The translations under genes were made by a program, and so were the position numbers. A stretch of DNA of 64,000 nt from the NCBI GenBank assembly GCA_965248195.1, contig CBDFIQ010000001.1, positions 1,434,658 through 1,498,657 on the forward strand, given 5' to 3'. The notes under the pieces were generated by a model, which saw only the letters and a list, made by a program, of their open reading frames with translations, ran no database searches and was not told the DNA's origin. Origin of the DNA: Longimicrobiales bacterium (GTDB taxonomy: Bacteria; Gemmatimonadota; Gemmatimonadetes; Longimicrobiales; Gaopeijiaceae). Below are positions 51,866 through 62,040 of this stretch, one piece after another. The stretch's first letter is position 1, and the number at the start of each line of letters is the position of its first letter.

Positions 51866-52543
51866 TCACAGCTTCGAGATAAACACCCCAGCCGCGACCC
51901 CTGTACCGAGCCCCCTCACGAAACTTCCGATGTGCCCGAAGATCCCACGAGGCAGCGCGTCCCGGAGAAACCCGATCTCCTCTTCGTAGAGTCGGTTCGA
52001 CTCGGCGAGGATGGCTTTCTCCGCTCGCTCACTCGCCAGGTTCCGCTCCAGCAGGACGACCGCGAACGAGTCTGCTTGATGGAGCGCTGCGGCGCCCCGG
52101 AGCTGGGCCCGGAACGCGTCCCGGACGCTCCCCTCGGCGGCCTGCTCCTCCTTGTGCTGCGCTTGGGCAGTCTCCACGAGTGGACGGAGCTCGGGCCGGA
52201 CGACGGCGTAGAGGCTATCGTGGGTCGCGTCGAGGTCTGTGCCGGCCTCTGCGGCGCGCTCGGAGGCGTCAGCCTCGTCTCGCTCGCCCTGTGCGATCGT
52301 GTCCCGGGCCTGAGCGCGCTCGATCCTGAGCGAGTCTTTCACCTGCTCCAGCCAAAGCGAATCCGCGCGAGTGCGCATATGCGCATCTTCGAGCAGCTCC
52401 TGGAGTTGCGCCTGCTCTTCGGCCCGGTCGTCTGCGAGTGCCGTGGCCACAGCGAGATCGGACAGTGCCCCGTAGAGCCACCAGCCGAGGACGCCGAGCG
52501 CCACGATCAGCACGATCTCGCCCGGCAGGCGAAAGCCCCTCAT
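51866..52543 (-). CDS. Membrane-anchored coiled-coil protein (Rz/spanin-like)
   Basis: N-terminal TM, long coiled coil and C-terminal hydrophobic tail; last gene of the lysis cassette. Confidence 0.5.
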   Translation of the reverse strand: MRGFRLPGEIVLIVALGVLGWWLYGALSDLAVATALADDRAEEQAQLQELLEDAHMRTRADSLWLEQVKDSLRIERAQARDTIAQGERDEADASERAAEAGTDLDATHDSLYAVVRPELRPLVETAQAQHKEEQAAEGSVRDAFRAQLRGAAALHQADSFAVVLLERNLASERAEKAILAESNRLYEEEIGFLRDALPRGIFGHIGSFVRGLGTGVAAGVFISKL

Positions 52544-53094
52544 CGTGGCACCACCGGAAAGATGGTCCTGATCTCGCACTCCGCGAAGTGGGGGTCCTCA
52601 TGGGAGCCGCCGCCCTTGAGATCGTGGATCGATTCGTGCGAGACCACTTCAGGGCTATTCACTGCGCGCCGGTCCAACATGATCTCGCGTGGTGGAGGAG
52701 CGGACCACCCGCCGAACTTTCTCTCGAGCGCATGGAGATCGAGCAAGAAGTCGACGACGTACCAGCGGATCGCGAAGAAATCTCCGCGGAGTCCCGTGCA
52801 CTCTTCGGCAAGCGAGTAGATGTAGGCGTGCATCGTGGTCGGGTAGAACTCGATCTTGTTCCAGAAGCGTATCTCGGTCCAGCCCGTCTCTGTAGACGCT
52901 GACGGAGGCGCTACTGCCGCGAGGGACGGCGGAGCGGATCGCGTGGCGCAGCCGGCGAGAACTATGCTTGCGGCCAACACGAAGGCCGGCGCCCTGCGGT
53001 CGTCTCTCCAGAGCAGAACGCAGAGTACGGTGCCCAAGGTCACACAGACCGCCACGAACGCGGCCACGACGGTTTGGAGGGCGGAGCGGATCAT
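52540..53094 (-). CDS. Membrane/lipoprotein with an HExxH metallopeptidase-like motif
   Basis: VLAGC lipobox-like sequence; HESIH...H. Confidence 0.5.
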   Translation of the reverse strand: MIRSALQTVVAAFVAVCVTLGTVLCVLLWRDDRRAPAFVLAASIVLAGCATRSAPPSLAAVAPPSASTETGWTEIRFWNKIEFYPTTMHAYIYSLAEECTGLRGDFFAIRWYVVDFLLDLHALERKFGGWSAPPPREIMLDRRAVNSPEVVSHESIHDLKGGGSHEDPHFAECEIRTIFPVVPR

Positions 53095-53606
53095 GACGCT
53101 GTCTGTCTCCGGAGGTAATTGACGCGGGACAGCCACCCGAGCAGGAACTTGCGGGACGCCGTGCGCCGGCGCGTGATCGCCTCGTAGAATGCCAGCCGCG
53201 CCCAGAGCATCCGGTTTACGAGTTCGTCCGGCTGTGCGGCACGCACGGCGCCGAGCGTCATGGGTCCGATCTTGCCGTCGTCAGCAACCCTCGCGGCCCG
53301 CTGTAGCAGCTTCGCGGCGTTCCTTAGCCCGTGGTTCACGCACGCGTCGAAGTGAGCCCCAGACGCGGGCCAGGGCAGCGCATCGCACTTTCCGGCGACC
53401 CAGTATCGCTCGTGGTATATCGCATCCACATCGGCGTCCGAGATCCCGCGTACGTCCTTCTGGGGCAAGCCCTTCGACTTCCGCCATGCGTCATACGTCT
53501 TGTGGGTGATCCCCTTGTTCGTGGCACCGCCAGGATCGTCGGGGTCGTTGACGTAACCGCCCTCGAAGCGGAGCGTGACCGGGAGCGCCTGGAGGAAGCC
53601 GCTCAT
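53091..53606 (-). CDS. Endolysin, glycoside hydrolase family 108 with a peptidoglycan-binding domain
   Basis: EGGYVNDPDDPGGATNKGIT, FDACVNHG, DGKIGPMT and F..GW..RV motifs. Confidence 0.92.
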   Translation of the reverse strand: MSGFLQALPVTLRFEGGYVNDPDDPGGATNKGITHKTYDAWRKSKGLPQKDVRGISDADVDAIYHERYWVAGKCDALPWPASGAHFDACVNHGLRNAAKLLQRAARVADDGKIGPMTLGAVRAAQPDELVNRMLWARLAFYEAITRRRTASRKFLLGWLSRVNYLRRQTAS

Positions 53607-53818
53607 AGATCGAAGTCCGCACGACCCGAAGGGAGGTCCATCGGCTCGGTTCCCCGGTACGTACTCACGATGCTCTTCCCACCGGCGACCGTGATCCACG
53701 GGGCTGTGATCGAGATGAACGGAACGGGATCATCGAAGTAGATCGCGAGGGCGGCCGACAGCAGAACCACCCACGGGGTGAACTTCCAGAACCGGGAGTT
53801 GCGGACCCAGCCGTTCAC
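53603..53818 (-). CDS. Small membrane protein (holin/antiholin candidate)
   Basis: Two short hydrophobic segments; coupled to the endolysin gene. Confidence 0.5.
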   Translation of the reverse strand: MNGWVRNSRFWKFTPWVVLLSAALAIYFDDPVPFISITAPWITVAGGKSIVSTYRGTEPMDLPSGRADFDL

Positions 53819-54351
53819 TTGTCGGCGCCTCCGTTTCCCCCGCCCAACCACGGCACGGACTTGAATCGGAGCTTGGCGGACTTCACGAAGAACTGCGCGT
53901 TACGCTGGAACGAGACCGCTTCCTCCCAGAACATCCCGACGGTGGCCGTCATCACCAGCTTCCCCGCCGGATCCCATCCGATGATCTCGAAGGTCATGCC
54001 CTCGATGAATGCCGCCATGATCACGACCAAGAAGATCACCAGGAGCTTCAGGACCCCGTTGCGCGCCTTGTCGGCACGGAGCTTGACCTTCGGATCCGCG
54101 ATCGCGCGCAGCACGCCGGCAGCCCAATCCACGCTCCAAGCACCCAGCAGGAACCAGAACGGAACGCCGAACGCGGCCTGTGTCTGAGTAAGCACAGCCA
54201 CGAGGGCGCCCATGCCTACTTTTGGGACCGGCGAGTGCGTGACCGTGTCCTGGAGGTAGTGGCCGAAGTAGGCGAAGAACGACTGGGCCGTGTGGGGCTC
54301 CAAGCTCCCATCCACTGGCCCGACCCAGGTGCCTTCGTCAATGATGCACAT
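53815..54351 (-). CDS. Holin-like membrane protein
   Basis: D.AAGVLRA...GVLK...E..S...N pattern of the holin_4-type family; start uncertain. Confidence 0.65.
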   Translation of the reverse strand: MCIIDEGTWVGPVDGSLEPHTAQSFFAYFGHYLQDTVTHSPVPKVGMGALVAVLTQTQAAFGVPFWFLLGAWSVDWAAGVLRAIADPKVKLRADKARNGVLKLLVIFLVVIMAAFIEGMTFEIIGWDPAGKLVMTATVGMFWEEAVSFQRNAQFFVKSAKLRFKSVPWLGGGNGGADK

Positions 54352-54575
54352 ATCACAGACCAGCGTGCGAGAGTGAAGTGACGTACGGACCCTTGGAACC
54401 CAGCCTTGTCTTCCTCTTGACCCAGCCAACAAAGGTCTTCCAGGGAGCCATCAGGACCCCCTCTCGGCCTTCGGCTGCCCCTTTGGTACGTGGGCAACCC
54501 AGTCTCTCCGGTTTCCACTGAGACGCCTTCTAAACTGTTTTGGTGCGTCAGCCCACCGATAGATGCACAGCGTCT

Positions 54576-54920
54576 TCATTCCTCTTCACCGATGATCCGC
54601 AAGATATCCGCCGACTCGGTCTCCCAATTACGGAGGACCACCGAGAGCTTGTGTTGGTAGTCGTCGACGTTCGCGACGTGCCGCCGGATCGCGGCCATCG
54701 TCTGACGTGCGGACTCGTACTTTCCGTGAACCGTCTCGTTCGTCTCGTCTTCGATCGCGTCAAAGAGGAGCGCCTCGAAGGCGGCGACCTGCTCCAGAAG
54801 TGGGTGCACGGCAGAGCGTTGCGTCTTGATAGTCGCGGCGATCGAAGCTCGATCGCCTCTGGGCACGGTCGGCGCGAGGAGCTTGGCTTTGAGGAGCGTG
54901 GTAGATGGAGAGACTGGCAT
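54576..54920 (-). CDS. Phage hypothetical protein
   Basis: ORF directly after the tail protein gene. Confidence 0.5.
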   Translation of the reverse strand: MPVSPSTTLLKAKLLAPTVPRGDRASIAATIKTQRSAVHPLLEQVAAFEALLFDAIEDETNETVHGKYESARQTMAAIRRHVANVDDYQHKLSVVLRNWETESADILRIIGEEE

Positions 54921-54922
54921 TT

Positions 54923-57577
54923 TTAGTACGCCTGTTGTTGTTGGAAACGGCAATATTTGACCTTGACCCACGCGGCTGCGGCATCGCCACCCGTGGAAAC
55001 CCCCCTCATCGCCCAGACGGCGTTGTATTGTCCGGAATTCGACACCACCTCGCTCACACCGGTGTTCGCCTGCGTGTTGAACCCGCCACCTACGGAAGAG
55101 GTCAACGTCGCCAAGGACGCCGGCCCGGCACCGTCAATGTTCCCCTTCATAAGCTTACACGTGCAGGTGTCCCCGGTGTTTTGACGATACATCCGCGCCT
55201 CGAACTCCTCGATCCTAACGCCCTCAGGGAGCGGGATCGGCACGATAAAGGTTATGAACGAGTTAGCGGTTAGCGGTTCTACGTTGCCCCCGCTGCCGAG
55301 AAGGTAGCTCCCCGAGTTGGCGTTCGGCCCGCCTCCAGACATCGGGAGGAGCAACTCCGTCAGGTGCTCGTCGATCATGCTCGTGTAGTACGAGTTCCCG
55401 TGAATCTGCGTCCTGCCGAGTTCGTCCTTCCAGGAGTACTGGAAGCGAATCCCCGCCTCCTCGCCGTCCGGCAGGACCAGAGCTTCAACCCACAGTCCGG
55501 AATACGGCGGGTTCGACGGCTCGGTATCCCATACGGCTGAAAACGCGTCCCAGTTGTCGCCCGCCTGCGAGCCGGCACGCTTCGAGAACTGTGGTCCTGG
55601 CGCGATGATCGCTTTGGACGGGTCGGTGATGGTGAGCTTCAAGCTGGCCGTGTTTGACTGAGCGTCCCGGTCGAACTCGACTTCCCAGCGCGGCGGAACG
55701 AACTCGGTGTCTCCGCGCCGACGCTTGAACGGACCGACGACGGTCCCGCCGGTTTCCGTTAGGACCTTGACCTCGACCTCTTCGCCGATCGACGCCGTTA
55801 CGAGGTTCGTCGAGCCCGTGCCGTCGAGGACGATCGCGCCGTGTTGTCCCACGAGGTCGCCGTCGTTCACGCTCGGAGTCGGGTCCGCCGGCGTCCCGCC
55901 ACCTAGCGCCGTCACGTACGCGGTCGAGAAGTCTTCGTCCATCTTCCAGTTAATACGGATCTTCCCGTCGGTGTCGAAGCCGATCCCTAGGCCGGTGAGC
56001 TCCGCGATGTCGTCGGCATCGAAGGTATGCACAAATTGCCAAGTCCGACTGACATCGTTGGGGTCCTTAAAGATCACCCGTACCTTGATCGAGGCGTTAT
56101 GCTTACCGATCAGGCTGATGCTCTCGCCCCTCGTCAACGTGGTGCTCACGCCGATGGTGCCCGTAGAACGGTCCCAGGAGGTCACCCATGTGCCACCGTA
56201 CCCGCCCGAGTCCGATTTCTGCTGATGCTCTATGGCGGTGACCTTCAACTCCGGGTCCTCGATCGTTATGTCGAGCGATCCCGTCGACCCGCTCTGATCT
56301 GGGTCGGCCCGGACGAACGGTCCCTGGGCCGCGTCCGTGAGGGCCTGGCCAATGTCGCCATCCTGGGGATCGGTGACCGCTCGCTGGATCCAGGGCTTGA
56401 CGAATCCGGCGGGTACTCCCCGCGTCCGGATGAAGGTGTCGACCTGACCGCCGCCGAATTCATGCCGGAAGCCCGTGACGCCGAACGATCGATCCTCCGT
56501 ATAGTGCACGTCGTTGGCGCCGAAGAGGTAGTAATCGTTCAGTTGGACGGGCCAGAAGCAGAGCGTCTTGATCTCTTGGTTCGCGACCGGGTCTTTCAGA
56601 TCGAGAAGCGCCTTGTCTAGCATGTTCTGCGCTTCCGTGGACGTGTCGATCGGTGAGTCTTTGGGTTCCTCGATCTCCATCCACTGCCGGCCATATTTCG
56701 TGATCGAAGTGGCGTCGGAGGCTGTTACCTGGGCCCGCACATCGCTTGTGTTCGTGTACCACAAAGACAGGGCGTTCCGGATGTCGAGGCGCGATAGGGT
56801 GAAGTCAGGCACCGCCTCGTAGCGGTCGGGCTCCCAGGTCCAAGTGGTCGAGGTCGGCGCACGATCGGGATCGTAGAGCGTCAGCCGGAACGAACTCGTG
56901 CCGTCGTCCCAACGCGGTTGCACCACCCACCCGGTCAGAGCGGCGAGTTGCTGAAGCGCATCCATCACGGTTGACCGCTGCTGGATGTAGGTCGTGATCA
57001 AGAAACTGGGCGAGGTGGGCGTGAAGAGCGTGAGCCCTGTCCACTCCGTGAGGATGTCCTGGATGACATCCTGCATCGCTCTGCCGGGGCCGGTCCCGAG
57101 CGTGCGCTCCGCTTCGATCCAACGGTCCGCGATCTCAGCGCCTATCGCGTCGCGTGCCATGACCTGCACGAAATCGTCTTCTACCGTCCACTGGTCGATC
57201 ACGCCCTGAAAGACGCGCTGCCAGTCACCGCCGGACGGACTCGAGCCGATGGCGACGGTAGCGAACTCGCACCGGATGCCACGGCCTACGTCGATGAGCG
57301 GAGCGTAGGCGGATACGGAATTACGGTTCAGCGTCGAGTCCTCATCGAGCGGCGCCAGCGAGTTGCCGCCTTCCTGCTTACGCCAGAAGGTGAACGAGCC
57401 CGTGGCCACGATCTGGTCGATCGTCTGGGCTATGCGGCCCGAATGCACCCAATCGATCGAGTCCTGGTTCGTAAGGTCCTGGTAGGTGCCATCCGCGTCT
57501 TCGACGAGCACACGAGCGAAGGTGGCAAAGTGGGCGCCCTGCAGGAGCGTCGTCTCGGAACCCGTGACGGTGCGCAC
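54923..57577 (-). CDS. Tail tip/hub and fibre-like protein
   Basis: 884 aa, downstream of the tape measure gene; D..SITKYG motif; beta-rich C-terminus. Confidence 0.7.
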   Translation of the reverse strand: MRTVTGSETTLLQGAHFATFARVLVEDADGTYQDLTNQDSIDWVHSGRIAQTIDQIVATGSFTFWRKQEGGNSLAPLDEDSTLNRNSVSAYAPLIDVGRGIRCEFATVAIGSSPSGGDWQRVFQGVIDQWTVEDDFVQVMARDAIGAEIADRWIEAERTLGTGPGRAMQDVIQDILTEWTGLTLFTPTSPSFLITTYIQQRSTVMDALQQLAALTGWVVQPRWDDGTSSFRLTLYDPDRAPTSTTWTWEPDRYEAVPDFTLSRLDIRNALSLWYTNTSDVRAQVTASDATSITKYGRQWMEIEEPKDSPIDTSTEAQNMLDKALLDLKDPVANQEIKTLCFWPVQLNDYYLFGANDVHYTEDRSFGVTGFRHEFGGGQVDTFIRTRGVPAGFVKPWIQRAVTDPQDGDIGQALTDAAQGPFVRADPDQSGSTGSLDITIEDPELKVTAIEHQQKSDSGGYGGTWVTSWDRSTGTIGVSTTLTRGESISLIGKHNASIKVRVIFKDPNDVSRTWQFVHTFDADDIAELTGLGIGFDTDGKIRINWKMDEDFSTAYVTALGGGTPADPTPSVNDGDLVGQHGAIVLDGTGSTNLVTASIGEEVEVKVLTETGGTVVGPFKRRRGDTEFVPPRWEVEFDRDAQSNTASLKLTITDPSKAIIAPGPQFSKRAGSQAGDNWDAFSAVWDTEPSNPPYSGLWVEALVLPDGEEAGIRFQYSWKDELGRTQIHGNSYYTSMIDEHLTELLLPMSGGGPNANSGSYLLGSGGNVEPLTANSFITFIVPIPLPEGVRIEEFEARMYRQNTGDTCTCKLMKGNIDGAGPASLATLTSSVGGGFNTQANTGVSEVVSNSGQYNAVWAMRGVSTGGDAAAAWVKVKYCRFQQQQAY

Positions 57578-57578
57578 G

Positions 57579-57905
57579 TCAGGCCTCCTGCACGAGGAAG
57601 CTCAACCGGACGATGCCAACGCCTTTGTGCTCCCTCTGGATATTGCCCACGAGCACGTTGATAGAGCCCGTTAGATCGCCCGAAGCCGCTAGCGGAGGCG
57701 TGCCCTCGAGCGCGGAGACGATGGTATCCGCCGCCGCGGTCGCCATATACGCCGTCATGATCGACCAATTCCCTATGCGTGCCCTCACGGTCGACCGCGC
57801 GGAGCCATCGAACGCCCGCCCCCGCCGCCCAATCTCAACGCGAGGGCCCACCGGTCCACTGACCTCTACCGGAATCGTTTGGCCGGCGATGACCAGAAAC
57901 GCCAC
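57579..57905 (-). CDS. Distal tail-like protein
   Basis: 108 aa immediately after the tape measure gene. Confidence 0.5.
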   Translation of the reverse strand: MAFLVIAGQTIPVEVSGPVGPRVEIGRRGRAFDGSARSTVRARIGNWSIMTAYMATAAADTIVSALEGTPPLAASGDLTGSINVLVGNIQREHKGVGIVRLSFLVQEA

Positions 57906-57908
57906 GGA

Positions 57909-60900
57909 TCAAATCCTCCGTGCCGTGCGTGTCGTGGTGGCGATCGTCGACGCACCTGTCCGGGCGCGCCATTCGACCTCCTGCTCGAGCCCGTCCATCA
58001 GCTCGCGTGGATTCTGTACGCCCTGCAGAACGATGTCGCCTTCGACGGTGATTTGGGGCCTCGCCAAGTCGCCGGCGTCCGAAGCGATTCGAGGCTGGAG
58101 TGGACGGCCACCACCATCTCGATCCGTCACCACGGTCGGATCGAGAGCCGTGGTCGCCTGGAACCGACCGAGCGCGACCTTGAAGCCGGCCGGCGCATTG
58201 CGTAGGGCTGCCGTCGACCTCTCGACTTCCGTAGCCAACCCGTCCAACGCGCTTTCAGCGAACCCTATGGCGGTCAGGAACTGCCCGAAGTCGAGCTTGC
58301 CGAGCAGATCCCGGTCGAACTCACCGAAGCCGGCACGGAACATCTCGAGGAAAGCGTCGAAGTTCTCGGGCGTGAGTCCCTGGAGTACCCGCCCGAATTC
58401 GTCGCTGACCTGGCTGGCCAAGAGGTCCATCACGCTCGCAAACTTCTCGCCCGGAGCCTCGATGTCGAAAAGCGCGAACTGCTTCTGCAGCAGCCCGAAG
58501 TCGCGGTTGAAGGTGTTGACGTTCCCGAGCGCCGTGATCAGGGTGCCGGAGTCCCGCGAGAGGCTCTGGAAATCCTGTTTCAGGGCTTTGGCGATATCCG
58601 CAATATCGTCCAGCGTCAGCCCAAACTTGGCGAGGATCGCCTCAGGAAAGAACTCGGGCAAACCACCCGGCCCGAACACACCCAGATCGTCTATGTCCTC
58701 GTCCTCGTCGGCGACACCGTCATCACGAGGCGGGGGGTTCATGATGAGCTCCGCGTGTCTGGCCTGCGCTTCGGTTATCGCATTGAGAGCTTGTAGGGCA
58801 GCGTCGAACGGCAGGGTGACTGATACGTCACTCAGGGCATTCAGATCGTCCCCGAGCCGGTCCGCTGCCTCGATGTTCTTCTGGATGGTCGCGGTGTTTA
58901 TCCGCATCGCCTCGGCGGCCGCCTGGGCCGCCTCCTCGGCAGCCGCCTGGGCCGCGATCTCCTTGTCGCTCGGGCCGAAGAGCCCGCCGATCACCGAACC
59001 GAGGCCACTGACCACGCCGGACAGCGCAGTCGAGATGCCACCGCTCAACAGGGTCCCGAGAGCCGTAGAGACGATGGCTTGGGGATCTAGCAGTCCTTTC
59101 GCCTGATCCTTTAGGCCCCCGAAGAACGACGTCCCTTTCTCGCCAAACGACGTCCCTTTCTCGCCAAACTCGCCGGCTGCTGCTGTCGCTTCCTCCTGGA
59201 GGACGGTGAATCGACGGAGCTTGTCGAGCACCTCCTGGAATTTTTCGTTGGTCGGACCCAGGCCCAAGTCGATCATTTCTTCAAGTGCCGACCGGTAGAT
59301 GTTCACCTTCGCGCTGACGAGATCGAACTGGCGCCCGAGCGCCGCTTCGAGTTGGTCGGCTTTCGCGAGCGCGGCGTCCAGGCTGTCGACGACGGCTAGC
59401 TCGGGAAATTGCTCGGCCAGACTGACGGCGGCGATGTCGCCCTGCATCCCATCGAGCATCTTCTGCCAGCTCGCGGAGATCGCGCCGTCCACTTCGATGA
59501 TATGAGCCTCGAGCCGATCGTAGTCGAGTTGCATGTCGTCGACGGCGGTTTTCGTCGCGGCGACCATCTCGTCTTGCAGCCGCTTCCCGAGCACCGCCTG
59601 CTTGTCTAGGGACGCCTGCTTGGCTAGGAGCGCCTCCTGCTCGTCGAATGTGGATACCGTAGGAGCACCCCTCGGGGATTGCGAATTATTGAGAGCGTCG
59701 GTTAGACGTTGAGCATCATCAGCGGCCTGCCTGACCTCGTTATGAAGCTCCCTGATTTCAGCAAGTCGTTGGTTTCGGCTTCGGCTGCTCCCGCTCGAAC
59801 CGATCCTATCATGTTCACGCTCCGCGTCAGCCAGCTTTCGCCTTGCTTCCGCTTCCTGTTCAATCGCTTCGGCTTCCGTGAGGTCTCCCGTCGCGGCCGT
59901 GAACGAGCGCTGACTTGCGGCTGTACCGTCGATGCTCTTTTTCAGAGCCAGGAACAGGCTGGTGACTGTAATGAGCCCCACCAGAATTGCCCCGCCAGGC
60001 AGCAGCAGTGAACCAAGCCCACCGAGTGCTGCGGCCCCAAGCAACACGCCCACCGCGATCGTCAGGTTGCCGATAACAACCAGCAGCGGCCCGAGCGCAG
60101 CCGTGAGCGCCACCATGCCGATCGCCGTCGTCTGGATGCTCTTCGGCAGCTCGCCGAAGCCCTTGATCATGTCGCGCAGGAATTCGAGCACCGGCTTCGC
60201 GGCGTCGGCGATCGCGAGCAGAGCAGGTTTCAGTTGGTCGCCGAGCTCGCCCGCGATGTTGACGATCTTATTGGCTAGAGCCTTGAGCTGGTTGCCCGTC
60301 GTCGCATTGAATTTCTCGGCCTCGATCGTGAGCGCGGTGTTCTCGCGCCAAGCCGTGCTCCCGAGATCCAAGCTCTTGCGCATCAGCTCGCCTGCGCCTG
60401 AAGCGCGGAGCAGCGCATCGCGCACCCTGATGTTGCCGAATTCGACGGACTTGAGCACCTGGAAGACGTTGACCCCTTCGTCTGACAAACGTCCGAGCCC
60501 TTCGATGAACGTGACGAGCGCGTAGGCCGCGTCCGTCTCGAATGACTCGGCGAACTCCGCGCCGCTCATGCCCGCGATCCGGCCGAACTGCTCTAGCTTG
60601 TCGCCGCCGTCGCCGACGGCGATCGCCATCTCGGCCATCACCTTGCTCAGAGCCGTACCGCCGGACTCCGCCTCGATGCCTACCGAGGACAGGCTTGCTG
60701 CCAGTGCGAGGATTTGATCTTCGGTGAGCCCGATCTGGGTGCCTGCGCCGGCGAGTCGCAGACCCATCGCCACGATTTCTTGTTCTGTCGTGGCGAGATT
60801 GTTGCCCAACGCGACGACGGTAGAGCCCAGACGATCGAACGCGTCCTGTGGCATGCCAGTGATGTTCGCGAGGCGTGCCAGGTCGGTGGCCGCTTCGGTG

Positions 60901-61313
60901 CTCGTGAGGTTGGTCGCCACCCCGAGGTCCGCCATGACGCGCGTGAAGCTGAGGATGTTGCTCGTTTCGATCCCAAGCTGACCTGCCGCCTCGCCGATGT
61001 TCGCGAGCTCAGTCGCGGCGACCGGGATCTGCTCGGACAGAGTTTTGAATTCATCGCCGAGCGCGATGATCGTTTGAGCGCTCGCGTCGACCGTCTTCGC
61101 GACACCGGCCATTGCGTCCTCGAATTTGATCGAGGAAGCGACGGCACCCGCGCCGAGCGCGACGAGCGGCGCCGTCACGTTGAGCGACAGGCTGCGTCCC
61201 ATCCGATCCAGGCGTTTGCCGACCTGCTCGAGCTTACGCGAGGACTCGATGACCGCCTTGTCGAGCTCGCTGTTGTCGGCCCGGATCCGGACGAGGAGGT
61301 CTTTCAGTCCCAT
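57909..61313 (-). CDS. Phage tail tape measure protein (TP901-like)
   Basis: FEDAMAGVAKTVD, AGQLGI and GIEAESGGTALS motifs; 1134 aa, Ala-rich. Confidence 0.93.
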   Translation of the reverse strand: MGLKDLLVRIRADNSELDKAVIESSRKLEQVGKRLDRMGRSLSLNVTAPLVALGAGAVASSIKFEDAMAGVAKTVDASAQTIIALGDEFKTLSEQIPVAATELANIGEAAGQLGIETSNILSFTRVMADLGVATNLTSTEAATDLARLANITGMPQDAFDRLGSTVVALGNNLATTEQEIVAMGLRLAGAGTQIGLTEDQILALAASLSSVGIEAESGGTALSKVMAEMAIAVGDGGDKLEQFGRIAGMSGAEFAESFETDAAYALVTFIEGLGRLSDEGVNVFQVLKSVEFGNIRVRDALLRASGAGELMRKSLDLGSTAWRENTALTIEAEKFNATTGNQLKALANKIVNIAGELGDQLKPALLAIADAAKPVLEFLRDMIKGFGELPKSIQTTAIGMVALTAALGPLLVVIGNLTIAVGVLLGAAALGGLGSLLLPGGAILVGLITVTSLFLALKKSIDGTAASQRSFTAATGDLTEAEAIEQEAEARRKLADAEREHDRIGSSGSSRSRNQRLAEIRELHNEVRQAADDAQRLTDALNNSQSPRGAPTVSTFDEQEALLAKQASLDKQAVLGKRLQDEMVAATKTAVDDMQLDYDRLEAHIIEVDGAISASWQKMLDGMQGDIAAVSLAEQFPELAVVDSLDAALAKADQLEAALGRQFDLVSAKVNIYRSALEEMIDLGLGPTNEKFQEVLDKLRRFTVLQEEATAAAGEFGEKGTSFGEKGTSFFGGLKDQAKGLLDPQAIVSTALGTLLSGGISTALSGVVSGLGSVIGGLFGPSDKEIAAQAAAEEAAQAAAEAMRINTATIQKNIEAADRLGDDLNALSDVSVTLPFDAALQALNAITEAQARHAELIMNPPPRDDGVADEDEDIDDLGVFGPGGLPEFFPEAILAKFGLTLDDIADIAKALKQDFQSLSRDSGTLITALGNVNTFNRDFGLLQKQFALFDIEAPGEKFASVMDLLASQVSDEFGRVLQGLTPENFDAFLEMFRAGFGEFDRDLLGKLDFGQFLTAIGFAESALDGLATEVERSTAALRNAPAGFKVALGRFQATTALDPTVVTDRDGGGRPLQPRIASDAGDLARPQITVEGDIVLQGVQNPRELMDGLEQEVEWRARTGASTIATTTRTARRI

Positions 61314-61317
61314 GCCG

Positions 61318-61638
61318 TTATCGCAACCTTCTCAGAATGGCGCTGTTCGCTTTCATCACCCTGAGCATCTCCTCCGGCGTCTGTTCACGTTTCTTGCCCG
61401 CTGGAAGATTTGAGAAGAAATCCTGGGGCTCGTACGCTTTGGCGCCCGTCGCTCGTTTCGCGAAGAGGTTGGCGATTAGCGCGAGCACCTTCCCGAAACG
61501 CAGATCGTCTAGCGTACGTTCGGACTCGGCGAGTTCCCGCTTGCGCTCGAGGAGGCGCAGCATCCCGCGTGGCGAAGACCGCCAGAAGTCCTGCTCGCCG
61601 AGTCCGAGGTCGACGCGTGCAACGACCCAAAGCCCCAT
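61318..61638 (-). CDS. Tail assembly chaperone, frameshift-extension (gpT-like) part
   Basis: FWRSSPR motif; open in the -1 frame from the slippery site at 61668-61674. Confidence 0.7.
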   Translation of the reverse strand: MGLWVVARVDLGLGEQDFWRSSPRGMLRLLERKRELAESERTLDDLRFGKVLALIANLFAKRATGAKAYEPQDFFSNLPAGKKREQTPEEMLRVMKANSAILRRLR

Positions 61639-61652
61639 CTCGTCGAGAGGCT

Positions 61653-62027
61653 CTAGCTCGTCGCCGCCAAAGGGTCGTCATCGTGCCCAGTCCCCTCCTC
61701 TTGGTCCTCTTGCGTGATCGTCGGTTGCTCGGGCAGAGAATCGACGATCAAAGCGAATACTTGGCTCAGGATGTCCACCAGATTGCCCGGGTGCAGCAAC
61801 TTCGCGACCGCGTCGATCGTCAGCTCCTCGTCTTCGTGAACCAGAAACGCCCACACCAACTCGGCGACGTTGTCCTCGGCCACATTGTCCTGCAGTTCGC
61901 CCCTCAGCAGGCTGATCCCCGTTGCGTTCTTGAACAGACGCATCGCATGCATGTCGCAGCGCAGCGTCCTCTCGCGGTCGAGCACGATCTTCGCCTCGGG
62001 AGCAGGCGGCCGAATTGCCTCGGTCAT
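61653..62027 (-). CDS. Tail assembly chaperone (gpG-like)
   Basis: Lies between the tail tube and tape measure genes; C CCT TTG slippery heptamer near its 3' end. Confidence 0.75.
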   Translation of the reverse strand: MTEAIRPPAPEAKIVLDRERTLRCDMHAMRLFKNATGISLLRGELQDNVAEDNVAELVWAFLVHEDEELTIDAVAKLLHPGNLVDILSQVFALIVDSLPEQPTITQEDQEEGTGHDDDPLAATS

Positions 62028-62040
62028 TCTCTTGTGACTC

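Noticed and set aside
51812..52819. Long plus-strand ORFs here and elsewhere (e.g. 57613-59106), and minus-strand 2739-3959
   Set aside because: They are antisense shadows of well-supported genes in GC-rich DNA.
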